Assembly (NCBI RefSeq): GCF_009914755.1
Contig: NC_060925.1
Origin: the human T2T-CHM13v2.0 reference genome, Homo sapiens
Length of the DNA: 64,000 nucleotides
Reading direction: 5' to 3' (one strand)
The notes under the pieces were generated by a model. It made no database searches. It was not told where the DNA came from and saw only the letters and a program-made list of their open reading frames with translations. How positions within the stretch are numbered: the first letter of the stretch is position 1; every line of letters starts with the position of its first letter. Below are positions 24,201-41,662 of the stretch, in pieces. The position numbers were made by a program, and so were the translations under genes.

Positions 24201-27200
24201 TGACTCAACTTTTGGAGCTCGGTATTGGTCTGTTCGGGGTTTCCATTTCTTCCTGGTTCAATTTTGAGAGGTCGTATGTTTTCAGGAATTTATCCATTTC
24301 TTGTAAGTTTTCTAATTTATATGCATAGAGGTGTTCATAATAGTCTCTGAGGGATTTTTGTATTTCTGTGGGGTCAGTGATATTATCCCCTTTGTGATTT
24401 CTTATTTTGTTTATTTGAATCTTCTCAAATTTTTCCTTATTAGTCTAGCTAATGGTCTATCAATCTCATTTGTTATTTCAAAAAACTAATTCATGGATTT
24501 CTTGATATTTTGTATGTTTTTTTAAAATATCAGTATCATTCAGTTCAGCACTGATTTTATTTCTTGTGTTTTGCTTGCTTTGGGATACTTTGCTCTTGTT
24601 TTTCTACTTGCTGTAGGTGTAATGTTAGGTTTTTAATTTGAGATCTCTTTAACTTTTTTGATGTGGAAGTTCAGCATTATAAAATTTATTCTTAATGCTG
24701 CTGTGTCCCAGAGATTATGGTATATTGTACCTTTGTTTTCATTACTTTCAAAGAATTTCTTGCTTTCTGCCTTAATTTCATTGCTTACCCAAAAGTCATT
24801 CAGGAGTTTAATTTCCATGTGATAGTATGTTTTGAGTGATTTTCTAAATATTAGTTTATGTTTTTATTTTTCTGTGGTCCAACAGTATGATTGGTATGAC
24901 TTCAGTTTTTTGCAGTTTGGTGAGAATTATATTATGACTAATTATGTCATCAAGTTTTAAAGTATGTGGCATGTGCAGATGAGAAGAATGTATATTATGT
25001 TTCTTTGGCTGGAGAGTTGTGTAGATGTGTGTTAGGTCTATTTGGCCAAGTATTGAGTTCAGATCCCAGGTATCTTTGTTAATTTCCTGGCTTGAATACT
25101 GTCAGTGGGGAGTCAATGTCTCCCAGTATCATTGTATGTTCATCTACATCTCTTCATATGTCTCTAACTATTTGTTTTATAAATCTGTGTACTCCTGTAT
25201 AGATTGTGTAATATTTAACGTAGATAGGTCCTCTTGTTGAATTAAACCCTTCATCATTATGTAATGCACTTCTTTGTGTTTTTTTATCTTTCTTGGTTTA
25301 CAGACTGTTTTGTCTGAAATTGGAGTAGATGTTCCCCACTAACAGTAGTTAGAGACATATGAAGGGATGTAGATAAACATGTGCAGATGAGAATAATGTA
25401 TATACTGTTTTTTTTTTGGTTACAGAGTTCCGTAGATGTGTGTTAGGTATATTAGGCCAGGGGTTGAGTACAGATCCCAGGCTCTCCTCTTTTTTTCTGT
25501 TTGTTTGGTAGACTTTTCTCCATTCCTTTATTTTGAGCCTATGGGTGCCATTAAGTGATGTTTGTCTCTTGAAGACAGCATACATTGGGTTTTACTTCTT
25601 TATCCAACTTAACACTTTGTGTCTTTAAATTGGGGCACTTAGCTTATTTACATTCAAAGTTAATATTGATATCTGCAGATTTGATCCTGTCATCACATTG
25701 TTAACTTGTTATTATGCAGACTCGATTGTGTAGTTGCTTTATAGTTTTAGTGGTCTATGTACTTGTGTGCATTTTCATGGTCTTTCATTTCCATATTTAG
25801 CAGTCCTTTAATTATTTCTTGTAAGACAGGTCTCATGGTAACAAATTTTCTTAGTGTTTGCTTGTCTGAAATGACTCTTATTTTCTTCATGTATGCAGTT
25901 TAGTTTGGCTGGATATGAAATTCTTGCTGGGAATTCCTTTTCTTTATGTATACCAAATATAGGCCCCAAACTTTTCCGGCTGATAAGGTTTTTGCCGAGA
26001 GGTCTTCTGTTAGCCTTATGGAGTTCCCTTTGTAGGTGACCCACCCCTTCTGTCTGGCTGCCTTTAACATTTTTTATTTCATTTTGAATTTGGAGAATAT
26101 GATAACTATATGTCTTGAGGATGGTCATCTTGTATAGTATCATGCAGGGGTTCTCTGAATATCCTAAATTTGAATATTGGCCTCTCTAGTATGATTGGGG
26201 AAATTTATATAGATGATATTATTAAATATTTTTTCCAGTTGCTTGCTTTCTCTCCCTCTTTTTCATGAATGTCAATGATTTGTGGATTTGATCTCTTTAC
26301 ATAATCCTATATTTCACAGAGGTTTTGTTCACTATTTTTTATTATTTTTTCTTTATTTTTGTCAACCAGTTTTTGTGCTCTGAGATTCTTTCCTCAGCTT
26401 CATCAGTTCCGCAGTTAATACTTGAGATTGTATCATGAAATTCTGGGAGTAAGTTTTATAGCTCTATCAGATCAATTTGTTCTTTCTTAAAATTACCACT
26501 TCATCTTTTCATTCCTATATCATTGTATTGTGTTCCTTAGATTCTTTGAATTGGGTGTTGATTTTCTCCTGAATCTCAATGGTCTCCATTCCTATCCATA
26601 TTTTATGTCTGTCATTTCAGCCATTTCAACATGCTTAAGAACCATAGCTAGGGTGTTAATGCAGTCATTTTGAGACAAGAAGACACTCTGGCATTTTTTA
26701 GTTGCCAGAGTTCTTATACTGTTTTTTGTTTGTTTGTTTGTTTTTCCAGTCTGGTTGGGCTCATGTTCCCTTAGTCTTTGAAGCTGCTGTCCTTTGGATG
26801 GTGTTTGTTTTTTTTTTTTTTTTTTTTTTTTTTGCTTTGATCTTCTTTGATGTCCTTGGGAGTTTGATTGTGGTACATGGTGGGTTCAATGATATGGCTT
26901 TGTTTCTGGAAGCTTTTAGGGGCCAAGTTTCAATGGAGTACCTTTGGGCTGTGTGTTCTAACTCTGGGGGTCTGGAGCTGGACCCTAGCTTTGATCTCTG
27001 GCCTTTTGATGTTAGAAACCTACTGCACTGGAGGGGCTTAGGTGCTTCTTGTCTACTGGCACAACACTCCAATGGTGCATGCTGGCCAAAGCACTTAGTT
27101 AGGGTGGTAGCATTGGGATTAGTTCTTGCTCGCATGTATCAGCATTTTTGGTAGTGCAGTGGGAGGCATGAACATCAACTGGGGCAGGATATCAGCAGAA

Positions 27201-28150
27201 GCAGGGTGGCAGTGCTCCTGTACGTGCTCATGCTGGTTGTGGCAGAGTGGGGGTGAGGCTGCTGGTATTCAGACTTGCACTTGCTCTGATTGTCATGACA
27301 GAGGTGCAGTGCGGTAACTGTGCATTTTCAGAGCTAGGGAACCAGCAGGAGCAGGGCAGTGGTGTCTGTGCACTTTCACAGTGGCTTTTGTGGCAGATAA
27401 GTGGTGGTGGGCCTCTGGCAGTGGTGGGGGTTGCTAGCATCAGTGCACACAGATGTGTTAGTGGTAGGGGTGCAACAGGCTGTCTGTGCATCTGTGAATA
27501 CTAGGAGGCAGGGTACACTCATGCTGGTAGAGTGGGGTGGCAGGGAGTACATGCATACCTGTGCCTGCAAGGGATGGGAGATGAATTCCCTTAGAAAGCA
27601 GTGGGCGTGTCCCAGCAAAGCAGTAGCGGAAGGCTTCAGCTGGGGGAGCTATAGGTCAGCTGGTGCATGTCTGTAGGGCCAGTCCGCAGGAGCTCTCTGA
27701 CAGGAGCAGTCTGTGGCAAGGTGGTGACGATGAAAGCCCCCAGGAAGCACATATGTTGGGCATCCAAAGCTGTGCTGCAAGCAGGCATGGCCAGGCTGGG
27801 GACCCAGAAGAGGCTGGCAGATGAAGAGCCTTCAGATTAGACTGGCCCTGTCCCACAGGCAAGACCAATCTGCTCTGTCCAGTTCTGACAGTCGCCCAAA
27901 GCCTTATAGAAGAGCCTGGTGAGCCTGGGGGGATGGGCATCCCTGGCTGTGATCCACTGCAGTCACTTCAATGCCAAACTGTCTGGGCTTTACGCAGGAT
28001 GGAGTCCTGCCCCTGTCATCTCTTTAAGTAGCTCTCCTTGCAGCTCAAGTATCTTTGAGAATCATAGAGTCTTGTGCTGCCAGAATTCTGGAGATCCACG
28101 TTGAAAGCTGGCTACTCTTCACCTGTTCAACTCATGCCTTCCCCAGGAGT
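21295..28150 (-). mobile_element. Near-full-length old primate L1 (L1PA13-16 / L1PREC-like), decayed
   Basis: 3'UTR at 21295-21500, ORF2 fragments, ORF1 fragment (25808-26143 RISYPAKL), GC-rich 5'UTR at 26.9-28.1 kb. Confidence 0.85.
22782..23075 (-). mobile_element. AluS (Sq/Sp-like) inserted in the L1
   Basis: Full Alu dimer in reverse orientation with poly-T. Confidence 0.92.
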
Positions 28151-28151
28151 T

Positions 28152-28607
<456 letters not shown>

Positions 28608-28797
28608 TCATTGCTGCAGACAAATGAAAGCTTTTGAGAGTGGAGAGAAGCAAGACCAAATGTAGACTTGTTTTGAATTAGTATAGTGAATTTACTGGAA
28701 AATGCAAAGGATATATCTTAAAGATATAGGCCACATACAAGTCTTTAGTGCCCCTTTAAATTGTCAATCACATGCTTGCATACGTTTAGGCATCTAA

Positions 28798-29155
<358 letters not shown>

Positions 29156-29399
29156 CAGCTTAAGTATTTGATACAATATACTAGAAATAAGTTAAAAATG
29201 TTAACACAATTGAGAAGGCAGGTTGACAGATTTCATTTACTTTGTAATAAATATTCCCTGTTTTAATTTTAATCGCATTTTAATAATCTGTAAAGATTTA
29301 AGTTTCTCATTAACACAATTTACTTCCTAAAGAAAGGTAGGCAGCCATTTATGACTTTATAGCAAGTAAAGAATGACAGTATTGGCAAAAAGTAACTAG

Positions 29400-29707
29400 A
29401 GCCTTGGGGTCCACATGGATTTTGTTTCCTAGGAGAAATTCTGAAAGAAGGCATGCCATCTATAATTGATGTCAGGGGATTTAACATTTTGTGGAGGTAT
29501 AGAATTTAAGGTCCATGATGCTGTAGGGTGGATAGGCCTTCGGACAAGTGGGTCATTTGGACTACTGGAGTTGCTGCTTTTGAATCTTTTCTAGAAGAGA
29601 AAGAAGAAAAGGTTGTAATACAGCTCAGGCAGTGATTATTATATTCCAGAGTATAAAGAACCCAGAACTGATTTGGCGAATTTTCCCCTTGATCACCACC
29701 TGTGAGT
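29400..29707 (+). promoter_or_regulatory. Candidate OR2M4 promoter and non-coding first exon
   Basis: O/E(Ebf)-like gccttggggt (29401) and ttcctaggag (29426); HD site TAATTG (29463) 1 bp from O/E-like tgtcagggga (29470); splice donor cct|GTGAGT at 29702; unique sequence. Confidence 0.5.
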
Positions 29708-29866
29708 AAGACATATAACACTCTTTAAAAGAAAAAAAATTCCGTTATGTCTTGTGCTGACCTTATATGACTTTATTGAGGAAAATCACGAGTTCATGTG
29801 CATTAAAAAGCTTTTGGAACACTATACAGAATCACACAAGTGTAAGCCTTCCTCAACCTGATTATT

Positions 29867-29900
29867 ACAATTAGGTAGTTCTTCACAACTACCTAATTGT
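29867..29900. repeat. Perfect 14-bp inverted repeat with 6-nt loop
   Basis: acaattaggtagtt-cttcac-aactacctaattgt. Confidence 0.95.
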
Positions 29901-32400
29901 GGAGTATCCTGGAAATGTCCTCATTTCTCCTGCAATCCTGGACTCTCTTTCTGTTTCATACTAAAAATGAAGGAAAAGAAGAAAGAGAGACATAGTATTC
30001 TTAATGGTTATTTTAATTTATTGAATATTTATTGAAGCTTTATGAGAAACATAACTATCTTCTACCTGGTGGATCTACACCTCAACATGAATTTACAAAA
30101 ACAATCATATACCAAGTGGTGTCTATCTACTGCTTCAAACATACATGAAAATTTGGACTTAAAAATTTTCTACATACCACCCAGTGTAAATTTTTAGTTT
30201 AGAAATTATTGGGGAAGTGATTCACTCCCACAAAGTACCCAGTTTTCTTATTTGTGTTCTTAATTTTTCATGAAATATACTAATTCATAAAATTCTGACA
30301 ATCAATGTTATAAAGACGAAGTAAAGAAAAATTTAATAAAATCTGATTTAGTTAAATTCCACAGTGTGTGAGACATTCTTGAAATCTGGACACATTGAAT
30401 ATGCTACAATATGTGGTTGGAAATCTTCAGGTTGGTAAAAATCACAAGGTCTAGGGAAAAGCTGGACTCAGTGGGGTTGAGCTTCTTTCCAAAGACTTTG
30501 TGCCCACTTAGATCTCTTCATAGTTTATGTGGTTTCTCCTTCTCTGATCGCCATTAATATTCCAAAATTTCTTATCACTTCAGGCCCTCTTAATATTATT
30601 TTGTTTTCTTTTTATTTCTATTTTAGCTCTAATTTTAGCACTTATTTTCCTCATATGCCTTCACCTCTCTTCCAGACACTTAATTCTTCCTCTCACTTAG
30701 TCAAGTGCCTTCTATCATTTTCCTCATTCTTCTCCATTTTTCATTAATAATTGGCATAAAATCATATGGAAGAATCAAAATAGTTCTAGCAATGTGAGGA
30801 TTTTACAATTTCATGTGACATTGTAACGCAATTCTATTCTTAAAATGGAAGAGCAAAGAAAGGTACTGCTCCTTCTTTATGTTGATACCTTCAAAATGAG
30901 GCTAGATTTTGTATTCATTTAGAGAGGCATCAATATTTTTATATATTCTTGTAGGAAATTTGGATTCCCTCTACATCTCTGCAGGATTAAAATAAAAGAA
31001 GTACCTAGAACATAGTAATCATACAAATGAATGAATGTGTCACCAGCTGAGGAGTTATTCTCTAGTTCAACATTTGCTATATCTTGTTATTTATCACATT
31101 CTTCTATTTCTAAACGTTAAAATGGATAATGTAAATTTTATTTTGGAATATTGACATAACAGTTTAATTTAGTTAAGATAAAATAAAGCCATGTTACTTT
31201 TTGTGTGTCATGAACATAAGTAAAGGGGTCTCTGTTATTTAGTTTTCCTGCTTTAAAAGGGATTTTACCATTAATTATAATCAGCAGAAGTTCATTTAGA
31301 GTACCAAGATATAAACAGAACATTTCCTGGGGAAGGTGTTAGCAGCAAAAGGATTTCAAACTAGTTTTCACTTTATAAATAAAGTGTTGTGATAGGCATA
31401 TGCCACATACCATTAAGATGTAACAGAATCTGCTCTGGCCTTAAGGGTGTATAATACTTGGTTTAATGTACAAATTTGAATATATAGCTTGCTGATATGA
31501 AGTAGGAAAGCTTGCTATATGTCTACTTATGGGATGAGTCATGGATACATCCAAGAAAAAAGAGGAGATAATTGGATTTCTTTATAATTTCATTGAATTC
31601 CACAGAATAAATTTGAAAACTACTACCTGCTTAGTATTTCTTAGTGGAATAAAAAATAAACACCAAGGATAAACACTCACAATGGTAAATAATCTTCAGA
31701 AAATAGTCAGTATCAAAAAAAATTATATGAGTATGCAAAAATATTGATGTTTCTATACAGCTAAATACATTTTGAAAAATAGTAGTAGGAAATAACAACA
31801 AAGACATTTCATCATTTCAAGCTTTGAAATCTGGAAATTCAAAAAAAATTTGGTGGCAGTTATGTATATCAGGCAGAAATAACAGCAGGACTAGCTTTGG
31901 ATTGAGTTTTATTTGGGATATAATTAATTTGGGACTCCAGGGTACTGTTTTACAATATGATGTTTTAGAGCCATGTTTGAAAAAAAGGCGGGGGAGGGGC
32001 TAGAGATAATAATTGAGAGCTTTTTACAAAGACCTGATGGTTGATTTTATTTCCACCATCTTCTTCTTCCACTGTTATTGCCTGGGGTTTTACCCTGGCT
32101 CCCTTGGATAAAGAAGGTGTTTGCTCCATGATCTTCGGGCTCGCAGATCTAACCTGTTCAAAGCATCAAATGTGCAATGTCCAAGATATTTTCTCAATGC
32201 AAAATCATTTTACTTCACTTCACATCTTTAGTCCACAACATAAATTTCCTCTTTGATATTTGCTTAATTAGAAACAAAATTGAAATGTATTTAAATACTC
32301 TGATTCTTTATATTTCTCCAGATGCATTTCTTGTAGTGCTCCCTGCTCCACACAACTACATCCTGAGTTCTGCCCATCTTGAACTGGGCTGAGTCAAATA

Positions 32401-35932
<3,532 letters not shown>

Positions 35933-36119
35933 TGGGCCACGTTTCATACAGTTGAGCCTTTGCTCACTGTGGTAGAACACGCCCCGTAAGTCTCCAAAGT
36001 AGCACATTGCAGAGAAGCTGTTAAAGACCACAGAAGGGTTTTCTTTTGTCCCTAGATGTTTATCCGATTTGATTTATAACACTTTATTGTAAAAAGAAGA
36101 AATCAATTTTTTCAAAAAT

Positions 36120-36290
36120 ACAAAGGTTTTTGAATGTCCTCACTACAAAAAAATGATAAATGCATGAGGTGATGGTCACACTAAATACCCTGATTTGATC
36201 ATTATGCAAAATATATGTTTTGAAATGTCAAAATGTGCCCCCATAGATATTTACAACTTTAATGTATCAACTTAATAAAATTAAAAATAG
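36120..36290 (+). mobile_element. L1MA 3' end fragment
   Basis: aaatgataaatgcatgaggtgatgg...taccctgatttgatcatta motif. Confidence 0.7.
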
Positions 36291-37004
36291 AAACAAAACA
36301 AGCAAATAAACAAACAAAAAATGCAGCTTCTTTTCCACACAGAATTGGAAGGAAAAAAATTATCCTCAGAAGATAAGTGAACGATTTAGTCTTCCTTAGA
36401 AAAATATTTTAATGGGGGTTTTGATTAAATAAGACAAGACTTCACGACTTGGTCTGAGATAGAAAAGTTAAAACATAGAGTACTATACCCTTCTCTGAAC
36501 TGAAGTGTACAGGTGTCCCCAAGGAGTAATGTCATTGATCTCATATAATCCTTCACTGGGCTGCAGGTAGGATGGTAGGGAAAAAAAAACATGCGAACAG
36601 GAATTCTGTTGTCAACGAGACTACTAACCTGGAGAAATATTAGGACAGAAGGAGAAAAAATTCTGTAAGGAATTTTCTTTTATGAGGTATGATCCTAAAA
36701 TTTAGCAATAAAGGCATACAGTGATTTTTCTCCTAGGTTTTCTATTGACTGTACATGTGGGTAAGTAGGGAAGCTCTTATACACTTCAGCATTCTTGTCT
36801 GTAAAGTAAATGTCCAAATGTACTCCATGTATACTCTGTGAAAGTTGGATGAGGAAATAATTGTAAAAGCAATGGACTAATCCACACAATTTACCATGAC
36901 TAAAGGAAGGTAACTGAAGGTTGGTGAGAAGGCCTTATGCATGCATATAAACTGCCCAGTAGAGTATGTCACAGTATGTGTTTGAAAACTGAATTGATAA
37001 ATAA

Positions 37005-37030
37005 GCTTGTACCTTCTTTGGAATTCTCAG
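37005..37030 (+). promoter_or_regulatory. Splice acceptor of the OR2M4 coding exon
   Basis: Pyrimidine-rich cttgtaccttctttggaattctcAG ending 19 nt before the ATG. Confidence 0.6.
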
Positions 37031-37049
37031 ATAAGGCAAATTATCCAGG

Positions 37050-37985
37050 ATGGTGTGGGAAAACCAGACCTTCAACTCCATCTTCATCCTGCTGGGAATC
37101 TTCAATCACAGTCCCACCCACACCTTCCTTTTTTCTCTGGTCCTGGGCATCTTCTCACTGGCATTGATGGAAAATATTTCCATGGTTCTCCTCATCTACA
37201 TAGAGAAACAGCTCCACACCCCCATGTACTTCCTCCTCAGTCAACTGTCCCTTATGGACCTCATGCTCATCTGCACCACTCTACCCAAGATGATCTTCAG
37301 CTACTTGTCTGGGAAGAAATCTATCTCTCTGGCAGGTTGTGGAACTCAGATATTCTTCTATGTGTCCCTGCTTGGAGCTGAATGTTTCTTGTTGGCTGTC
37401 ATGGCTTATGACCGCTATGTGGCTATATGTCACCCTCTTCAGTACACCATCCTCATGAATCCGAAACTCTGTGTCTTCATGACTGTTGCTTCCTGGACCT
37501 TGGGGTCTCTTGATGGGATCATAGTGCTTGCAGCTGTCCTGTCATTTTCTTACTGCAGCTCTCTGGAAATTCATCATTTTTTCTGTGATGTTGCTGCCCT
37601 TTTACCTCTATCCTGCACAGAAACATCTGCATTTGAAAGACTACTTGTCATTTGTTGTGTGGTAATGCTAATCTTTCCAGTTTCAGTTATCATACTTTCC
37701 TATTCCCATGTCCTTCGAGCCGTCATCCACATGGGCTCTGGGGAAAGTCGTCGCAAGGCCTTCACTACCTGCTCCTCCCACCTGTCTGTGGTCGGACTCT
37801 ACTACGGTGCTGCTATGTTCATGTACATGAGACCAGCTTCTAAACATACGCCAGACCAGGACAAGATGGTGTCGGCCTTCTACACTATTCTCACCCCTAT
37901 GCTGAACCCTCTCATTTATAGCCTCCGCAACAAAGAAGTGTTCAGGGCACTACAGAAGGTACTGAAGAAAAGAAAGTTAATATGA
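37050..37985 (+). CDS. OR2M4: Olfactory receptor family 2 subfamily M member 4 (311 aa), intact
   Basis: Intronless ORF; NQT, LHTPMY, MAYDRYVAICHPL, HFFCD, KAFTTCSSH, PMLNPLIYSLRNKEV; paralog of OR2M3; recognised as human OR2M4. Confidence 0.93.
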   Translation: MVWENQTFNSIFILLGIFNHSPTHTFLFSLVLGIFSLALMENISMVLLIYIEKQLHTPMYFLLSQLSLMDLMLICTTLPKMIFSYLSGKKSISLAGCGTQIFFYVSLLGAECFLLAVMAYDRYVAICHPLQYTILMNPKLCVFMTVASWTLGSLDGIIVLAAVLSFSYCSSLEIHHFFCDVAALLPLSCTETSAFERLLVICCVVMLIFPVSVIILSYSHVLRAVIHMGSGESRRKAFTTCSSHLSVVGLYYGAAMFMYMRPASKHTPDQDKMVSAFYTILTPMLNPLIYSLRNKEVFRALQKVLKKRKLI

Positions 37986-38689
37986 CCTTATCAAAATCTT
38001 TTTGAGTGCCTACTGTGGTCAACACTCATTCAAAAAAACTGGAATCTCTTAAATTATTCTATTTCTATTTCTGGTAATTTGTATTAATATTTTCCACTTC
38101 TTTTCAAAATTATCTATTCAGTATATTATTACATATACATCGTTTGTATACTAAGCTAGATTTGGATGTTAGTATAAGTGGTTTAATCCCTGTGAATGAC
38201 AATTATATTATTAGGTGTCACACATGGGTGGTACTTGATTTTAGGATGCTTACTTTTGAAGCCAGGTATAAGTCCGAAGGGTCTTAGCTGTATCAAAAAG
38301 CAAAGGTTGGAGTTGATCCTCTGTTTTTGGAGAGATGCTTCTTTGTTCACAAATTACTTACCTATTAGTACTTGTTTTTAATTTGCCCATCCTCAAACCC
38401 AAGAATGACTATTTTAATACTGATTCTTCTTTACTTGACTCCCAAGTATTTAAAAGTGCGGAGTTAGTATCAACACTTTCTTCAATCAAGTTTTATGTCT
38501 GCATAAAATATTTCCTAGAAACTCGTATAAACATACACACACTTAAGTATATATGTGTGTGATCTTTATGCTAATAAAATTAAATATTTTAAGGAGTCCA
38601 CATAAAATATCTATTTGGGCTGCACAGTCAACATCTGTATCATGTCTGCTTTTATTCCTTATAATCCTTATATTAACCATCAGAATCTG

Positions 38690-39505
38690 AAGGCAGAGCA
38701 AGATGATGGAATAGAAGGCTCCACTGATCGTTCACATGCAAGGACAGCAATTTAACAATAATCCATACACGAACAACACATTCATGAGAGCCAAAAATCA
38801 GGTGAGCCTTCGTAGTACCTGGTTTTAACTTTATATCACTGAAGAGGCAGTGAAGAGGTAGAAAAAACAACTTGAACAGACAATGCCACCCCTCTCTCAC
38901 CACTGACAGAAGGAACAGTGTGCTAAGAGTGTCTCTGGGCTCTGGTGAGAAAGAACACAGCAATTGTGAGGCTTTGAGCTCAGTGCTGTCCTGTAAGAGC
39001 AGAAAGGAAAACCAGATAAAATTCAGCTGATGCCTGGCCACAGACAGAGCATTTAAACCAGCCCTTGTCAGAGGGGAATTACTGATCCCAGTGGTCAAAA
39101 CTTGTGTTCCCACAAACCTTGACACTGAGGGCTAAAATGCGCTGAGGCTCTAAGTAAACTTAAAAGGCGGTCTATGCCATAAGTACTGCAACTCTTAGGT
39201 GAGTCCTAGTGCTGAATTGGGCCCCGAGATAGTGGACTGTGCGGCGGGCACGTGAACTACAGAGACAGCAGCTGGGGCAACTGAGGTTGTGCTGGCATCA
39301 CCCTTGCCTAACCTCAGGCTGCACAGCTCATGGCTCCAAAAGAGTTCTTCCACTTGAGGAGAAGAAAGAGTGGAGAGGACTTTGTCTCACATCTTGGATA
39401 CCAGTTTAGCCACAGCAAGAAAATGCACTCGTCAAAGCTGTGAGGCCCTTATTCCAGGACCTCCATCCCAGACGACATTTCTATATACACCCTGGGCAAG
39501 AAGGG
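38690..39505 (+). mobile_element. Isolated 5'UTR of an old L1 (L1MA1-3 / L1M1-2 type)
   Basis: ggcagagcaagatgatggaatagaaggctccactgatcg...aaaaatcaggtgagc start motif; no ORFs follow. Confidence 0.7.
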
Positions 39506-39723
39506 ACTAACACTGTTGCTTAATATTTTGCTTCGTAAGCACCAATGGATTGATTCAACTGAAATTTTTGTACTCACCACAGTAATATTCATAATTATTA
39601 TTTAGATTGACATGCTTATTTTTAAGTATAGTATAATCAAATGTTTTCTAATTTAAAAATGTGCTAGCAAATTTTAAAAATTAAAACAAAGGCTAATTTT
39701 ATCCTTAAAAAAAATAATTTCTG

Positions 39724-40026
<303 letters not shown>

Positions 40027-40369
40027 AAATAATTTCTGTTAAATATAAAAAGTAGTTTTTATCATAGCAAATGTCGCCCTAGCTATGTCAAGTCAAAAAT
40101 TTAGATTTATTGGGATTTTAAAAGAAGATAATACTATGTCCCTATGTGTTTCATTCCACTTTATGATACACACTGGAAATGTTTATGCTCAGTTTTTGGA
40201 AGCAGAATATATGTGTCGTGGGTACAGTTGCTCAATTTATTCAATTTATACTTGTATATGCTGATTCTTCACCAATGAATTCAATTTTATTAATTCAATT
40301 AATTAAATTTTATAATACAAAACAGTGAATTTAATGACATATCTTTGCCAGTCAGTGTTCACTGGTTGA

Positions 40370-40680
<311 letters not shown>

Positions 40681-41418
40681 GAGTTTTACAAAGATTTACT
40701 GTACTTTCACTCCCACTCCGGATCTTCTTTAATCAAAATATATAGCAAGCATTTCAATAGTCATGATAACAAATAGAAGTGTGATTTACATTTTGTCAGC
40801 AACATCACACCTTATGTGAAACAGGTAAATTTAGAACAACCAGAAAAGAAAGACTTATCTGTGATCTACTAAGAGAAGTATGAAAATTGAGCTTGAAATG
40901 GAAACATTTTATGATATGAATCGATAATGATTTTGTACATTTGATTTTACACATAATATGCAGAAAAAAGTAATTTTAATATGCAATTATGTAAACTGCA
41001 AAATCTACAAGAAACATTTGAAAACAATTTTGATATTGATGAATTTAAAGTTACTTTTTAATTTATATGTTAAATTTTTGAATTTGATGTTAATAATACC
41101 GACTTGAAAGAAGTTATATTGCTTACTCAATTTAGTGATGAAAAATGTTTTGAGTATGTTTGGGACATTGCGTATATGTGAATCTAATTTTTCAACTGTA
41201 AATTTTATTAAATTTAAATGCAGACCAAGTATTTTTGAAAAAAAATTAGTGTCTGAATTATGAGCTGAAAATGTAAAATAAACGCTTGATTTTAAAAAGT
41301 TTATACATAAAATGTAAAATATATCGTTATTAATTTTTAAGGTTGCTTGCCTGTTGAAACAATATTTTGGACGTATTAGTTTTAACTTAATTTTTGGTGT
41401 TGAAGTTTGGGCTGTAAT

Positions 41419-41432
41419 CCAGTAGATGGCGC
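41419..41432 (+). promoter_or_regulatory. CTCF core motif in a small CpG-rich patch
   Basis: CCAGTAGATGGCGC matches the CTCF consensus CCASYAGRKGGCRS; about 10 CpGs in 41430-41620. Confidence 0.7.
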
Positions 41433-41662
41433 CTAAGAGTAATGCCCGTAGAGAGGCTCTTGATCGGCCACTTGGCTCTTTCGTGTTTCCTGGCATTCGC
41501 AGGCACGCTGTCCGGTGGGGGTTGAGAGAGATGCCTCCTTACCAGGACGACTCCTGAGCCTTGGAGGAGGCCCCTCCAATTACTAGCACTTCGCCTGCAT
41601 TTCTTTTATTAGATGTTTCGGGCTACAGCCCTCCCTCAGGCAGAGGCCACAGCAGAGAGAGC

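Noticed and set aside
26700-28104. Cluster of GC-rich ORFs on both strands (also 7858-8778)
   Set aside because: Lie within old L1 5'UTRs, where higher GC content lengthens chance ORFs
41005-41496. 163-aa minus-strand ORF
   Set aside because: Mostly antisense to an AT-rich Charlie/MER33 remnant; no recognisable protein features
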